A stretch of DNA of 64,000 bases from an uncultured virus (IMG/VR IMGVR_UViG_2905894795_000003) (lineage: Duplodnaviria > Heunggongvirae > Uroviricota > Caudoviricetes), in the IMG/VR virus record IMGVR_UViG_2905894795_000003. One strand, written 5' to 3'. Under the pieces are notes generated by a model, which saw nothing but the letters and a program-made list of their open reading frames with translations, had not been told where the DNA came from and ran no database searches. Each line of letters begins with the position of its first letter. The stretch's first letter is position 1. Shown piece by piece: positions 39,216 to 47,972 of the stretch. Position numbers and translations under genes: made by a program.

Positions 39216-39460
39216 TTAGTTACACCATTCCCATTGCCCCATGTGGAACATGGGGTGCTATTTCATAGGCGCTTGCGCCGCAGGCTGTTCAGTTATCCAC
39301 TTACTAAAGGGGATAACAGTAATGTTTTTAATATTGGTTTCTCTTTTAAGTTTTTTTAAAAGAGAAACCAACAGAGTATTTGCACGGCTTCGCTTGCACT
39401 TGCATGTAACTTACGCACAGGGAATACCTGGCTTATGCGCGGAGAAGAAAAATGCATAGC
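39216..39460. promoter_or_regulatory. putative replication origin downstream of repA
   Basis: Ter-like site 39216-39231, DnaA-box-like TTATCCACT 39293-39301, AT-rich tract ~39320-39365. Confidence 0.6.
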
Positions 39461-39718
39461 CAAAAATATTGATGTAGAACGAGCAGCCGGCGGTGCTGGC
39501 CAGCTGCTGCAGTTGGATTCCGGCAACTCTATGAACCCATATTTTTTAGTAGCTTAGGTTGTTTAGGGTGGGCAAGAAGATAGTGAAAAAATTTGAATTA
39601 TGACTGTGGCGCTTGGGGGGCTACCTCTGGCAGCTCTGCCGCCAGATTGCGGTTAAAATGATACCAGCTAGCAAAGGGCGTGCGGAATCACCGCCAGCTA
39701 AGGCGGTAGGTGAGGCTA

Positions 39719-40414
39719 TCAGGCAAGGGTTGGAGGAGAGTAATAATCTAACTTGCGTTGGCGGGCGGTTTCACGCTTTGCTTTCATCCGGGCTAACCCG
39801 GCTTCAGCTTTACGCTTCCAGTTTGCCACCCGGATCGAGATCAGACGAGCGTCCCATGAGGCAATGACTTCTTCTGGCGGGGCTTCCAGTAAACGCGCAC
39901 GTTCTCTGTAAACTTGCTTAAGCGGTATGCCCAGTGCAGCAAAAAAATCTTCTGTCACCTCAATATTTTTACAGGCACAGCGTGCATCGTAAGGATTAAA
40001 AGGGGCTTTTTCGGTAATGATCAGATTAAGCCATTGAAGGCGATCGCAACCCCGGCTTGCTCTTGAAGTCTGCTTACGACCCGTATCACTACGTGTTATG
40101 AGTCCAGCCCGTTCGGCCAGCGTTTCAAGATTGTGTCTGGTCTGCCAATCCCGCAAATCGAGATCGTCCAGAATAGCTAAGGCCAACTCACAAAGCGCAT
40201 CCAGCCCAAACTGGTTTGCCTCATTGACCCAATAGCGTGACAGCCTGATTCTGCGTCGAAATTCATTTCTGATTTTCTGACGACCGGCAGTTGTTGCGAG
40301 TGTGCGTATCCACCGGCTCAGAAAGCGGCGGCGTTTGCGCGAAGCAACGTTATAGCAGGGGGTTTGCTTTGGTATGCCCGCAGGAGAGCATGAAAGTTTT
40401 AGGCTATCAGACAT
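39719..40414 (-). CDS. repA: IncFII-family replication initiator RepA (divergent)
   Basis: LETLAERAGLITRSDTGRKQTSRASR...LNLI and VTEDFFAALG align with R1/R100 RepA motifs; cop/tap context. Confidence 0.85.
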   Translation of the reverse strand: MSDSLKLSCSPAGIPKQTPCYNVASRKRRRFLSRWIRTLATTAGRQKIRNEFRRRIRLSRYWVNEANQFGLDALCELALAILDDLDLRDWQTRHNLETLAERAGLITRSDTGRKQTSRASRGCDRLQWLNLIITEKAPFNPYDARCACKNIEVTEDFFAALGIPLKQVYRERARLLEAPPEEVIASWDARLISIRVANWKRKAEAGLARMKAKRETARQRKLDYYSPPTLA

Positions 40415-40478
40415 GTCCTCCTGCGCTTATTCTGCGCAGAAAGAGCATATACGGAATGTGTTGAGTTTTTCCGGGCAT
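40407..40478 (-). CDS. tap: Tap-like RepA leader peptide (23 aa; not in ORF track)
   Basis: Hand-translated MPGKTQHIPYMLFLRRISAGGHV; its stop overlaps the repA start. Confidence 0.85.
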   Translation of the reverse strand: MPGKTQHIPYMLFLRRISAGGHV

Positions 40479-40491
40479 TAGTTATACTCCC

Positions 40492-40583
40492 CTTCAGGTA
40501 GCAGAATACCTGAAGGTTGTTGTGATAGCCCCGTTAATCTTTCCTCGCCGGCCAAAGTGAAGAGAAGATTATCGGGGTTTTTC
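40492..40583 (+). ncRNA. copA: CopA-like antisense copy-control RNA
   Basis: TTGAGT-16-TATACT promoter (40461-40488); hairpin CCTTCAGGTA/TACCTGAAGG; long CCCCG...CGGGG stem with GGCCAAAG loop and T-run, as in IncFII CopA. Confidence 0.85.
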
Positions 40584-40875
40584 CTTTTCTGGCTCCAAAT
40601 AATTTTTTAGAACCAGCCCCGGCCACTTAACGGTGTGGCCAACCATGAAATTTTCAGAGACAAAGCTAATTACTGATATGCTTTAGCACATCCCGACACA
40701 TAATTTCACTTCAAAGTGAAGTGTCACCACAGATACGAAATATAACCCTAAAGCACACGAAGATCCACCAGCAAACAAGCCTTAGTCCTTCGTTTCGGTT
40801 AGATTTTGCTCTTTAAGCAGTAACTGCCTGATACTCAAGCCCCGTATCATCCTTCAGATTCCACAAGCGAACAAG

Positions 40876-40911
40876 CAAAAGATCCTGGATCCTTGAAAGG
40901 ATCCAAAGATT
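40876..40911 (-). terminator. terminator between tail fibre chaperone and rep region
   Basis: TGGATCCTT-TC-AAGGATCCA hairpin followed by CTTTT on minus strand. Confidence 0.55.
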
Positions 40912-41436
40912 TTACGCTATCGGCTTCTCCGGCCAGACAATCGCGTTATATCCCGCCTCATCGTTGACGCTGCTGAGATCCAGCTTTCGCAGCACTTTGG
41001 CGTATTTCGTCCACTCGATAAGGCTGGCTTTGTCGTCATCGTCGAGAATGCCTGCGCTTTCTTCTCTTTCCCACGCGGTCATGGTGGCGTTCGCAGCGGT
41101 GAGCAGGCTTTGACGTTGTGCTTCAGCTCTGGCCTGCCAGTCGATTACCGGGTCGGTCAGAACAGGCTTACCAGTGCCGTCCGGGGTAATGACCTTACCG
41201 TTTGCCTGACCATTGAGCAGAGTCTGGTATTGCTCATCCGAGACAGCGACGGCATCGTCAGGCCAGCCGTCAGGAGAGGACTTATAATCATCTTCCAGCT
41301 CAGAGTGATAAAAGCCGTTATTTTTCGCACTGTAATANACGGCATCGTCAGGCCAGCCGTCAGGAGAGGACTTATAATCATCTTCCAGCTCAGAGTGATA
41401 AAAGCCGTTATTTTTCGCACTGTAATAGATTGTCAT
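40912..41436 (-). CDS. tail fibre assembly chaperone (copy 2; 89-bp duplication at N 41338)
   Basis: Nearly identical to 5753..6176; 144 aa once the duplication is removed. Confidence 0.85.
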   Translation of the reverse strand: MTIYYSAKNNGFYHSELEDDYKSSPDGWPDDAXYYSAKNNGFYHSELEDDYKSSPDGWPDDAVAVSDEQYQTLLNGQANGKVITPDGTGKPVLTDPVIDWQARAEAQRQSLLTAANATMTAWEREESAGILDDDDKASLIEWTKYAKVLRKLDLSSVNDEAGYNAIVWPEKPIA

Positions 41437-41437
41437 G

Positions 41438-42723
41438 TTAATACCCCATAGCTATCCATCGATAGCCTATATTCGTCCCTGAAGTTTTAGATGTGAACTG
41501 GATATTATTCGCAGGTTCCAGATAAAGAGTGCTGCCGTTATTAATACCAGTCCCAATCGTTCCCACAATTGCGAGACAAGCGTTAGGGAACGAAATGTTA
41601 AAGGTTTTTACTTCGGTAGCGACTGAGCTATTCGCACCTCCGCCAGTCTGAAAAATCAAACCAGTCGCCTTATCCTTCCACCAACCCGCGCCGAGACTTG
41701 CCTCCGCTGTTGTAACTGCTCCAGTGGTGCCATTCACGCTGGTTACGGGGTANGTTGGTGGAAGGATAAGGCGACTGGTTTGATTTTTCAGACTGGCGGA
41801 GGTGCGAATAGCTCAGTCCCAATCGTTCCCACAATTGCGAGACAAGCGTTAGGGAACGAAATGTTAAAGGTTTTTACTTCGGTAGCGACTGAGCTATTCG
41901 CACCTCCGCCAGTCTGAAAAATCAAACCAGTCGCCTTATCCTTCCACCAACCCGCGCCGAGACTTGCCTCCGCTGTTGTAACTGCTCCAGTGGTGCCATT
42001 CACGCTGGTTACGGGGTAAGGCGGCGGATTATTTTCGTAATACATAGCCCCCTCATCTGATGAGTCAACGGTCAGCCTGAGTTTCCCGTCAGCTCCCCAG
42101 CCAAGATAAAGTTTATTAGTGCCCTGGTTTGCTCCGCCGCCCTGCTGAACGGCCGCCCAGTTACCAACATTTCCCAGACCCACATCCGACTTACTCAGGC
42201 TTACCGCACCTGTTTTACTGTTTACGCTGGTTACAGGATAAGGCGGTGGATTGACCGTCGTAAACAGCGCGCCCTCATCAGATGTATCGACAGTTATATG
42301 AAGCTTTCCATCTTCACCCCAGTCGATATAAATGTGGTGATTACCGGATGAGTGCAGCCCGCCATTGGCCTGGACGGCCATCCAGTTACCGACCTTATCG
42401 AGGAAAAGGGCTCCTCTGGCTTTGGCAGAGTCGGTCAGATCGGACAGGTTTTTATCTTTCTGCAGCGCACCGCTGACGCGGCTGTCGTCTTCTGCCAGAA
42501 ACAGGGCTTTCAGCGCACTTAAAAGCTGGTCATTAGTTGCGTCGGCGGGCTTAATGCCTGCGGCAGTTAATATGCTGATGACTTCCCGCTGCAGGCTGCG
42601 GGTTGCACCCTGCGTGTCATTCATATAAACCGGCGTGACGATGGTGGCTAATTGTCCGGTCTGATTATCTCGACCGTGAAACTGGCCGTCGTCGGTATTA
42701 ATCGAATCAATTAAGGGTTTCAT
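41438..42723 (-). CDS. tail fibre protein of Mu-like phage (split by 266-bp assembly duplication at N 41753)
   Basis: ORFs 41788..42723 and 41438..41737 overlap in sequence; collapsing 266 bp gives one 339-aa frame ending WIAMGY. Confidence 0.85.
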
Positions 42724-43259
42724 TTATTGCTGCCCTCAGAATATTTAAACAGGCACTCGGTATGCGCCGGTTTTAAACGTTTAAATAAGGTTTCAAGGTC
42801 GGGATCGCCTGTTTCTTCCAGACGGTCGCCGACAACGGATTCACCCACGCGGAAATACCACACGCGCTCAGGTGCACCGTTCACGTTCACTATCCAGCGC
42901 CACTTTGGATCGTCTGGTTCATCAATCGTTATGTCATAGCCCAGCGCTTTTGCCAGGTTAATAAAGTACTGGCGGCTCAATCCCCCGGTCTCAGCCAGCG
43001 CAGCCATGACTCTGGCGCGGCGTTGCTGCAGGGTGTCGCTGTCGTTCACGGTCAGCGCGTAAACCCGCTCCCAGTCCGGCAGCGTGAGCGTGGCCAGATT
43101 GGGATCGGTGGAGCTGACCAGCCCGGATATCAGCGCATCCACTGTAGCGAGTAGTTTTGCCTCGGCGCTGAGTTCGGCGCTCAGCTGCTCACCCGAGGCA
43201 TCGTAGGTCACCGGCGGTAACAGTTGCGCCAGCAGACTGTAATAATCGTCTCTGGTCAC
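42720..43259 (-). CDS. YmfQ/DUF2313 (Mu gp48-like) baseplate protein
   Basis: LLPP, LPDWER, GGLSRQYF, KPAHT. Confidence 0.88.
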   Translation of the reverse strand: MTRDDYYSLLAQLLPPVTYDASGEQLSAELSAEAKLLATVDALISGLVSSTDPNLATLTLPDWERVYALTVNDSDTLQQRRARVMAALAETGGLSRQYFINLAKALGYDITIDEPDDPKWRWIVNVNGAPERVWYFRVGESVVGDRLEETGDPDLETLFKRLKPAHTECLFKYSEGSNK

Positions 43260-43264
43260 GCGCG

Positions 43265-44347
43265 CTATTCCTGCAGCTGAGTGAAGGTAAACGTGCCCGG
43301 CCTTACCCACTCGACGGTGTTTTCGTCCACGGTCGGCGTGACGTTGGCGGTGGGTTTTGCCAGCTCGTAATCCAGCACGCCATCGACGTCTGAAATCAGC
43401 GCACCCGCCTGGCTGCGTATCGCCTCCTGACCGGGAATGAGCGCATCAAACCACGTATTGAGGCTGGTTGTGATTGCGCCCTGTACCGCATCAAAAGTGA
43501 CACTATCACTGATGCCCACTGCCGCCGTGACGTTCACGGTTTTGATGGTGGGAGCCAGCACCTTGCAGCCCGCCGCACCCGGACCGACCGGGCGGACGCT
43601 GTCGATATAGTCCTGCACGGCCTTCAGGGTTTCGGCTGACGGCAGACCGCCGGTCGCAGTGATGACGACGTCGACCGTGCCCAGCCCGCGCCGCAGCGGA
43701 AACACGTAAGCGCCACTGACGCCGTTCACCGACTCGGCCCAGACCTTGTAGTCGTGCGCGTTGCCACCCGCAGGTGGCTGGCGCATCACGTCCAGCAGGC
43801 GTGCCAGCAGCTCGTCGTCGGTCTCGGTGTCGGTCGCGCCGGTCATGGTGACAACCGTCACGGCGCTGTCGATGCCGGACGGCGCGGAGACCAGCGTGCC
43901 GGTGCTGCCTGCGGTCAGGTTGCCCGCCGTGCCGGTGGTGGTGGCCTTCGCGGTCACGGTGAGCGAGCCATCGGTGCCGGTCTTGCCCGCCTCAGTGGTC
44001 TGGTACAGAGTGTCATTGCCCTTAACCCGGAACTGAAGCCCGCTCGCTATAGTGGTTGCCGCCTTACCGGTCAGCGTGACGCTGCCGCCTGCGGCGGTGG
44101 CCTTCTTGCGGGTCAGACTGCGCAGGCGGGCGTGCATCTCCAGATACTCCGTGTCCGCTGTGTCCGGGAAAGCCTGACGCAGCGCCCATGCAACGTACTG
44201 GTACAGACCCCAGTGCGCTGAGGCTGTGGCGTTAGCCCGCACCCGATAGTCGCTGTCGGAGTAAACATCCGCATCCGGCAGCTGATTGCTGACCTCATCC
44301 AGGTAATTTCCGGCGATGTCGTCCTGTGACGGGATAGTTAACGGCAT
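43265..44347 (-). CDS. baseplate J / Mu gp47-like
   Basis: FPDTAD, GGNAHDYKVWA, RRGLGTVDV. Confidence 0.92.
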   Translation of the reverse strand: MPLTIPSQDDIAGNYLDEVSNQLPDADVYSDSDYRVRANATASAHWGLYQYVAWALRQAFPDTADTEYLEMHARLRSLTRKKATAAGGSVTLTGKAATTIASGLQFRVKGNDTLYQTTEAGKTGTDGSLTVTAKATTTGTAGNLTAGSTGTLVSAPSGIDSAVTVVTMTGATDTETDDELLARLLDVMRQPPAGGNAHDYKVWAESVNGVSGAYVFPLRRGLGTVDVVITATGGLPSAETLKAVQDYIDSVRPVGPGAAGCKVLAPTIKTVNVTAAVGISDSVTFDAVQGAITTSLNTWFDALIPGQEAIRSQAGALISDVDGVLDYELAKPTANVTPTVDENTVEWVRPGTFTFTQLQE

Positions 44348-44348
44348 G

Positions 44349-44696
44349 TCAGCTCACCTTCACCGGATGTTCAAACGTGGCCACGTCACCCGTGGCCTGC
44401 GTAATGCGGACAGAAAGAGAGAGCCAGCCCGGCAGCTTCCGGGTTGCGGTGACCGAGATCGCCGTCGCGCGACCGTCCGTGATGAGCGGCGAGAGCGCCT
44501 GAAAGGCGTACTGCTCAGCCAGCGCGCGGGTCTGCTCCGTATCCTTACGGGGCAGCAGATGCAGCTTCGATCCCAAATCCTGATCAAAGAGCCAGCTTCC
44601 CAGCGGGGTCTTCAGGCGCATCTGTACGGCGTTCTCCAGGCCGGTAGTGCGTTTACCGTTATAGTCGCCTGTAGCCGGATCAATCATTCTGTCCAT
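44349..44696 (-). CDS. Mu gp46-like baseplate protein
   Basis: RLKTPLGSW, GSKLHLL. Confidence 0.88.
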   Translation of the reverse strand: MDRMIDPATGDYNGKRTTGLENAVQMRLKTPLGSWLFDQDLGSKLHLLPRKDTEQTRALAEQYAFQALSPLITDGRATAISVTATRKLPGWLSLSVRITQATGDVATFEHPVKVS

Positions 44697-44703
44697 GCCG
44701 GGC

Positions 44704-44750
44704 AGACTATCGCGCGCGCGTGAGGTGCGCCCGTTACGGGGGTGGAGTGG
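44704..44750 (-). promoter_or_regulatory. activator-dependent late promoter
   Basis: CCACTCCACCCC-N29-TAGTCT. Confidence 0.65.
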
Positions 44751-44843
44751 TGGTCTGTCTGTGACGGGAGGTTTTAGTGCGGGCGCGGGATATGGGGCGG
44801 GGATGGCCCGGCAGTGCTGCGCCGGGCCGAGGGCCGGACGGGA

Positions 44844-45509
44844 TTAACCCGCCTGCATCGGGCCGGAATTGCCGTCCGGGGTGGTGTGAATGTGCTTATT
44901 GACCTCGACGCCGTTAATTTTGATGCTGACGGAGCTGATCGAGCCGGAGGTATGGCTGATGCTGCCCGCAAAGCTGGCCGCCGCGCCGCTGCCGTTATCA
45001 CCGGAAATGCTCATGCCGCCGCTGCCCGTGAGCAGCCCTTTGACGGTGGCGTTCTGCGAGGTGGAGAAGTCCGGCGTGTCGTATTCGGCTGACTCACTGG
45101 CGGTCACTTTCCACGTTTTACAGTCTGCAGTGAATGCATCACACGCCATGTGAATGGCTTTGCCGTTCTTCAGCGTAATACTGGCCCCGTCGCTGCTGTA
45201 GATGGACACCTCGCCGGGCTTCAGGGACTGAATGCGGTATTCACTGTGTTCAGTAGCCACCACCACGCCATGACTGGTGTCCCCGCCGACAGGCAGGATG
45301 ATGGCCATTGCGCCTTCAGGCGGGACGGAGGTGATACCGAAATGCTGAAACACCTCAAGCGCCTGCAGAGTCTCGCCCTGCAGCCCGTCAAGCTGGGCGG
45401 TCATCACGCCGCCGTCAGTGGTGATGCGCGAAATAACTGCGCGAAGAGGTCTGCGGATGCTGGCCAGCGCACTGGCGATGCGCCGGTTGATGATGCCGGT
45501 GACGTCCAT
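44844..45509 (-). CDS. baseplate spike gp45/V-like
   Basis: QHFGITSVPP and C-terminal HIH. Confidence 0.9.
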   Translation of the reverse strand: MDVTGIINRRIASALASIRRPLRAVISRITTDGGVMTAQLDGLQGETLQALEVFQHFGITSVPPEGAMAIILPVGGDTSHGVVVATEHSEYRIQSLKPGEVSIYSSDGASITLKNGKAIHMACDAFTADCKTWKVTASESAEYDTPDFSTSQNATVKGLLTGSGGMSISGDNGSGAAASFAGSISHTSGSISSVSIKINGVEVNKHIHTTPDGNSGPMQAG

Positions 45510-46651
45510 CAGTTGATTTCCTCCCAGGTGTGATAGGTCGGCACCTGCTGTTTCCCTTTTTTCTTATGGCGGGAGCGCGGGTATGCATCCGGCGTCCAGA
45601 TGCCGTCCTCTTTCAGGGTCAGCGTGGTAACCAGCTCCTGGCCGCGCCCGCAGCGGATGGTGCGGGCCATGATGAAATAGATCGCGTCTATATCGTGAAT
45701 ATCGCTTCTGACCGCCACGCGCTGGCCGGGCTGCCATGCGGTGCCGCCGGATGTGCGCACACCCCGGACGGTGGCCGTAAGGGTCAGCGCCTTCAGGCGG
45801 GAGTCCGAAAGAATTTTACGAGCACGGGCGGTGGCCATGTCGTCGGTGTCGGTGTCGCCCATCACCTCGATAAAGGGGCGGTACAGTGTCATGCCGGTAT
45901 CCGTCGCGGTGCCGTGCCGGTTGTGTGCGCCGTTGTGGCTCTGCGTGCCGTGGCTCTGGGAAAGTACGGTGACCTGCGAGTAGCGACCGGCGATGCTGGT
46001 CAGCTTACCGAGCTGCAGCAGGTTGCCGGTGCCATCTTTCCGCATCACGAGTGAGTCCACGGGGGCGGCGCTGTAGTCCGGGCCGCCGATAATCAGCGTA
46101 CCGTCCGGGGCAATCCACGGCCAGAGGCCATTAACCTCGGCGACGTTCATCAGCGCACTCCAGGCGGTCTGGCCCGGCTGGATGCTGAACTTCTTCGGTG
46201 CGGTGCTTTTGTCGGCATGAATGGCGATTTTCGTGATGCCAGACGGCTTCACGATTTTATTTATCACCTCAGCCAGCGTCATGTTTTCGGCGGTAAATAT
46301 CGGTGCGGAGCAGTCAACCAGCGCACCGGCGTTGTCGCGACCGGCGAGGTTGAGTACGTGCCGGCCATTGGTAACGTCGTGATTGATGTCATCAATCAGC
46401 CCGGTCATCAGAATATCGCTGCCCGCACTCAGGACGGCGCGCGCGCCGGGGTGGACATCAGCGGGTGGGCGGGCCTCGTTAAGACCGATGCGGAGCGACC
46501 AGGCACCCGCTGGTGTCAGAAAAGAACTGTCGACGCTGGCGCTTTCCCAGTCGCTGTGGGTTACGCCGCCCACGGTCAGGGTCAGGCGCTCATCGGCTGC
46601 CTTGGTTGTGTTACGGCTGTTTTTTGCTGTGGCGTTATTTTGCGTAGGCAT
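45509..46651 (-). CDS. baseplate hub gpP/gp44-like
   Basis: GRD...LVDCSAP, WQPGQRV. Confidence 0.9.
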   Translation of the reverse strand: MPTQNNATAKNSRNTTKAADERLTLTVGGVTHSDWESASVDSSFLTPAGAWSLRIGLNEARPPADVHPGARAVLSAGSDILMTGLIDDINHDVTNGRHVLNLAGRDNAGALVDCSAPIFTAENMTLAEVINKIVKPSGITKIAIHADKSTAPKKFSIQPGQTAWSALMNVAEVNGLWPWIAPDGTLIIGGPDYSAAPVDSLVMRKDGTGNLLQLGKLTSIAGRYSQVTVLSQSHGTQSHNGAHNRHGTATDTGMTLYRPFIEVMGDTDTDDMATARARKILSDSRLKALTLTATVRGVRTSGGTAWQPGQRVAVRSDIHDIDAIYFIMARTIRCGRGQELVTTLTLKEDGIWTPDAYPRSRHKKKGKQQVPTYHTWEEIN

Positions 46652-47972
46652 AGAGAGTCATTCCGGGCTGAATATCATTAGGGTTGCCGAGGGATGGATT
46701 CAGACGCAGCAGCTCTCCGGCGCGGCTGGCGTCGGCGTACCACTCAAAGGCCAGCAGGTGCAGGCTGGTGCGGCGCGTGGCGGTGCGGGTGATAAGCGGC
46801 GGGCGTTGCTGAATCAGCGACACGGCCTGCCGCTGCAGGGTCAGGGCCAGCGTCTGCAGGTGCGTGATAATAGCGACATGGACACGACCGTCGGAGGTCA
46901 GGCCGCTGGCGCGCGCCTGTGCCTCAAGGGTCTGCAGGGCGGCACGCTGGCCGGTCAGGGCTTCCACAATCACGGCACGCACATTGCCGGTGACCTGCTC
47001 AATCTGGGTGCTGGTCAGCGACGGCGTGCTGGCCTCGTTCTGCAGAACAGTGGCTGCAACCTCAGCCATCTCGCTCACGGCCACCAGACGGACGGTGCGC
47101 GTCACCAGCTGCGTGTCGCTGTCGCGCACGGCGGTGACCTGACTCAGCGGCAGCCGAAACGGCTTTGTGATGCTGGTGACGCTGCGATTCTGAACGTACT
47201 TCGCCGGGTAGCTGACGACGTGCTTCGCCAGACGGGTCACCTGCTGCCAGTCGGAGGTAACGCCGGTGCCGGTCAGGGTGAGCGTATCGCTGAAAGTGCT
47301 GACCAGGCTTTTTAAGTCACTGACCAGCGCGGCGGGCGTATCCAGCAGGTTGCTGACGCTGGCGGCGGTGCTCTGAATCTCTTCGCGCACACTGTCGAGC
47401 ACGTACTCGCCTTCCGCGACGATGGTGTTGATGCGCTCAACGCCGTTTTCCAGCGTGCGCAGGTCGGTCATGGCGGTGCTGAAGGCCGAAGCGGCGCTGT
47501 CGAGCAGGCTGCTGCCGGTTGAGGTGATGCTCTGTGCGGCCTGATCGGCTGACGCAGCGGCGAACAGCGCCTGCTCCTCGCCGGACTCAATAAACACCAG
47601 CTCGACGGTGACGGCGTCCATTGTCTCGGCCTGCTTCTCAATGCCCGCTTCCAGAAACTGCGCGCGCGGGATCGAACCGTAGACCGGGTGGATCAGCTCG
47701 CCGGGGCCGCTGGATTTAAACGCGGTTATAAGCGCCTTTAACTGCTGTTTCCAGTCATGACCCCAGAGAAAGGCGGTAATGCGGAAGTTGACCGGGTTCA
47801 GCCCCTGATCCTCGACAGTTGCGCCGTCGTGATATGGGTATGCATAGTTAACGGTGGTACGTGCCAGCGTGTCGCGGGTGGCCAGGCAGTCAAACTCAAC
47901 GCCCCGGAAGGATGCCTGCATCAGGGTATCAATGCCCGCCAGCGCAGCGAGCTGGGAAATAAAGTCTGTCAT
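46635..47972 (-). CDS. DNA circularisation protein gpN-like
   Basis: ASFRGVEF, GELIHPVYG, LLRLNP. Confidence 0.9.
   Translation of the reverse strand: MTDFISQLAALAGIDTLMQASFRGVEFDCLATRDTLARTTVNYAYPYHDGATVEDQGLNPVNFRITAFLWGHDWKQQLKALITAFKSSGPGELIHPVYGSIPRAQFLEAGIEKQAETMDAVTVELVFIESGEEQALFAAASADQAAQSITSTGSSLLDSAASAFSTAMTDLRTLENGVERINTIVAEGEYVLDSVREEIQSTAASVSNLLDTPAALVSDLKSLVSTFSDTLTLTGTGVTSDWQQVTRLAKHVVSYPAKYVQNRSVTSITKPFRLPLSQVTAVRDSDTQLVTRTVRLVAVSEMAEVAATVLQNEASTPSLTSTQIEQVTGNVRAVIVEALTGQRAALQTLEAQARASGLTSDGRVHVAIITHLQTLALTLQRQAVSLIQQRPPLITRTATRRTSLHLLAFEWYADASRAGELLRLNPSLGNPNDIQPGMTLYAYAK

Larger units (their letters stand above)
6076..41337. mobile_element. ~35.2 kb circularisable phage-plasmid (cos, contractile tail, IncFII-type replicon)
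   Basis: 89-bp identical terminal repeats 6076-6164 and 41249-41337 next to N gaps; full virion gene set plus repA, par, TA and Xer site; no integrase. Confidence 0.85.

Noticed and set aside
39162..39867. Small plus-strand ORFs in the ori region
   Set aside because: They overlap the origin features or repA and have no convincing RBS or motifs
41438..42018. Duplicated fibre tip with a ~64-bp inverted piece (41754-41817), suggestive of an invertible host-range cassette
   Set aside because: It starts at an N gap, the copies are identical, the fold-back joins at a short CAGTC microhomology, no invertase gene is present, and collapsing 266 bp restores one intact gene; most likely an assembly chimera
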